Positions 61,438 through 64,000 of a DNA stretch of 64,000 nucleotides are shown piece after piece. The DNA lies in assembly GCA_965637545.1 (NCBI GenBank), contig OZ281494.1, positions 5,704,001 to 5,768,000 on the forward strand. The letters run 5' to 3'. Within the stretch, counting starts at the first letter, position 1. Each line of letters opens with the position of its first letter. Made by a program: the position numbers and the translations under genes. This DNA comes from Phallusia mammillata (Eukaryota). The notes below the pieces were generated by a model that searched no databases, was not told the DNA's origin, and saw nothing but the letters and a program-made list of their open reading frames with translations.

Positions 61438-63162
61438 CAGGGGCGGCTCGTGCGAGGGGTCTGCGGAGCTGCAGCACCCCCTATATTTTTACATGACATT
61501 CCTATTCCAAATTGTTATGCAAAACAATCCATATATATATATAGTTTTTATGTGTGATCAGTGTATATTAAGAATAATTCTTACGGCATTAATCGGCATT
61601 TTATTAAAATAAAAATAAAAAAGTAATAATAATAAGTTATCTATGGTGGAGCTGCAACTCGCATTTCATGACGTTTCGTGACGTTTTGCAGTCGTGCGCA
61701 TGCGCACTTGGAAAAGCTACATGCCGGGCGAAATAGGCGAGAGGGGACTGTGGCTCGCGCAGCACCTCCCGTGACGTAGCGCTAGTTGTGTTGCCTGCTT
61801 CGCGTCAGTGAGCACCAAAGTCAAACCCGTGTACTGTATTTTTAAGTTTGACAGTGAGTACAGTTAAATAATTATTTGGCCATCTTTAAATTTTTTGTTT
61901 GACTGTTAGTCGTGACTTTTTAAGATGACTGTAAGTGGGCTTCAGTTTTTGCAGTTTTCATTGAATTAAATAAGTGCATCTAACACCTTGAAAAAGAAAA
62001 AAAAGGTCATCTAACACATTGCAAAGTCACGATTAACCTTTGTAATAAATAACTGAATAAAAAAGTTTTGAGAAAATATGGGATAGAACATCTGCTACTC
62101 CAATGTCATGCAGGATTAAGCAACAACAAGAAATACTCAGTTTTAGTTCTTAATGCTACTAAAGAAAAAAATAATTTGTGACTGTGAAGTGAAATGCCTC
62201 ACTGAAATTCAGGCAATAAAAAATGCAGAACAAACAATTGCACAAGCAACAGGAATTTTGAAATACGTGAGTGAAGACAGTTTAAAGTTTTGGTTTCTTA
62301 ACACACCATGTGGACAGTATTTGCAATCATGTGCAAAACAAGACAAACATACACACATTAGAAATTTAAATATCTTGTTCTTTTAGACATTAGAATTTAA
62401 AAAATAATCTTTTAAATAGTATACCAGTTTTGTGCATTTTATCACGTTTTAATGTTTTTTCGTTGCACGCAAGATGCGCACAACTACGTTCATTTTTTGT
62501 TTGACATTATGATAAACAAAATTATAGCAGTTAAGAAACTAAAAGACAATTAATAGTCTATACACAAAAATTCAAACAAAAGATGTTTAAATAAACAAGT
62601 TCGGACACAAATGTAATGTGGTTGTTAAATTTGTCTGTTATGATACCAATAAAACGCTGTATGGCTAGTTTTTTTTGTGGCAATAATCTGTGAAGTGTCA
62701 TGGAATATGTTGAAAACGCTGTGACTATAAGTTACTTAAATGAAACATGACCATTTTTTAATGTTGTCTACCTTATAACTATTTTTTCTATTACCTTTTT
62801 TCTATTTGTTTTTCTATATTCTTCTTGTGTTTTACCGTATTTACAACCGCTTCGTTTCGAGTCTGTATCACGTGTGTTTTTGTTCCACATTATTACTGCA
62901 TGTTATGGTGTTTAGCCTGTGCAAGTAAACAAAATACACAAATGATACCGTCTGCTATTTACACTCGTGTACATTGTTGCGTAACAAAAATTACGTCACA
63001 ATGGAGTTGCTAATTAAGATTTGTATTACTTGTTTTTCCACCCAAAACAATTGTTAGAAAACTGAAAATGTAGCTTTTCTATATATTGCCAACTTATATA
63101 TGTTCAATAAAGGCTAAATTTGGAGCAGCACCCCCACAAATTTTAGGCACGAGCCGCCACTG
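61438..63162. mobile_element. hAT-type non-autonomous element (1725 bp)
   Basis: TIR CAGGGGCGGCTCGTGC versus CAGTGGCGGCTCGTGC (15/16). 8-bp TSD CAAAACAG at 61430-61437 and 63163-63170. Confidence 0.92.
61694..61707. promoter_or_regulatory. NRF1-type palindrome in a CpG-rich patch inside the hAT element
   Basis: GTGCGCATGCGCAC is a perfect 14-bp palindrome. Function untested. Confidence 0.35.
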
Positions 63163-64000
63163 CAAAACAGCTAAGAAATTAAAAAAAAAAGAATTGTAAA
63201 ATAATTGCAATTCTAAAAACAATTCTACTGCATATAATTTATACCTATATGTACAAATTACTTAATGTTGCAATCCATCCATATAAGTTACAAGTATGTA
63301 TGTCAAAATTTGACACCCCTTGCAAAATTTTCTAACGGCGCCCATGGTTCTGTCCAGTGTTTTTTTAAGGTGTTTTCAAATTTCTCCAGCAGTTTCCCGA
63401 AATTTGGACTTACAACTACAGTAGAAAAGTAATGGTTGTTTCTCGCTATGTCTTGTCGATAATACGAATATAGCCTACGATCAATAGTTCACGTCCGGAA
63501 AAAAGAAAAGTGGAGGTACAGCTAACAGCTGAATCAAAGAGTTATTCACAAAAAGAAGTGCACCTTCGATACTCGTCAATGTTTATTTCTGATTTAGGGC
63601 GCATAATGATCAGTTTTTACGTGTGGAAACATAACAAGCAGAAGCCAACAAGCACACTTTGTTTGATTGTGCAGCAAAGCTGGCGGCTGGCGGATGGGAA
63701 CGGGATTGCGAATCTGTTTTGTTGCCTGAGATAGAACCTGAAAAATTTGTTCTGTGATTGTGCACTGCCAGTAGCCTAACGAATAATTCGTTTAAGCAAA
63801 TATGGCTATTTTTTGGTATTTAAATGAAACACTTCCGGTCTTTTAAAACTACTTAGCGGTCACCCAAACCAAACCTTAAAAAAAACTGGTATTGCCTACC
63901 ATAAATGCTAGCTTTATTGTCTACATATCATTAAAACAAACGTGTCCAAGATCAATTGTCGGGGATTGCAAGCTCATTTTTCGACATCGTAATTATTTTG

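Noticed and set aside
1-64000. tRNA, rRNA, snRNA or spliced-leader RNA genes
   Set aside because: None recognised by eye. The only tRNA-related sequence is the PBS.

Overview
AT-rich, intron-containing eukaryotic DNA with a 200-N scaffold gap. Short introns and the receptor types suggest a marine invertebrate, possibly a tunicate (inference). The window is a receptor/innate-sensor-like gene cluster undergoing birth and death, heavily interleaved with transposons. Genes: (i) two tandem-duplicated adhesion-type GPCR genes, A (about 11.9-16.6 kb, disabled) and B (28.7-35.2 kb, apparently intact). They have an unrecognised Cys-rich ectodomain encoded by symmetric phase-1 small exons, a degenerate GPS motif, and 5' ends far more diverged than their 3' ends. 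(ii) A rhodopsin-class GPCR with about 14-16 LDLa-like modules, no leucine-rich repeats and a very long ECL2 (21.1-25.8 kb), plus a dead fragment of its 7TM. (iii) A third adhesion GPCR with a C-type-lectin-like domain and a canonical GPS (54.1-60.4 kb). (iv) A BTB-BACK-Kelch gene (minus strand) and a ZU5-UPA-death-domain gene (plus strand), head to head, both with lesions. (v) An unidentified spliced coding-like region with two in-frame TGA codons (18.0-19.3 kb). Mobile elements: a recent but doubly deleted CsRn1-clade Gypsy element, a solo LTR, six hAT-type non-autonomous elements flanked by 8-bp target duplications, and a TA-flanked Tc1/pogo-like element. All gene models and identity counts were made by eye.
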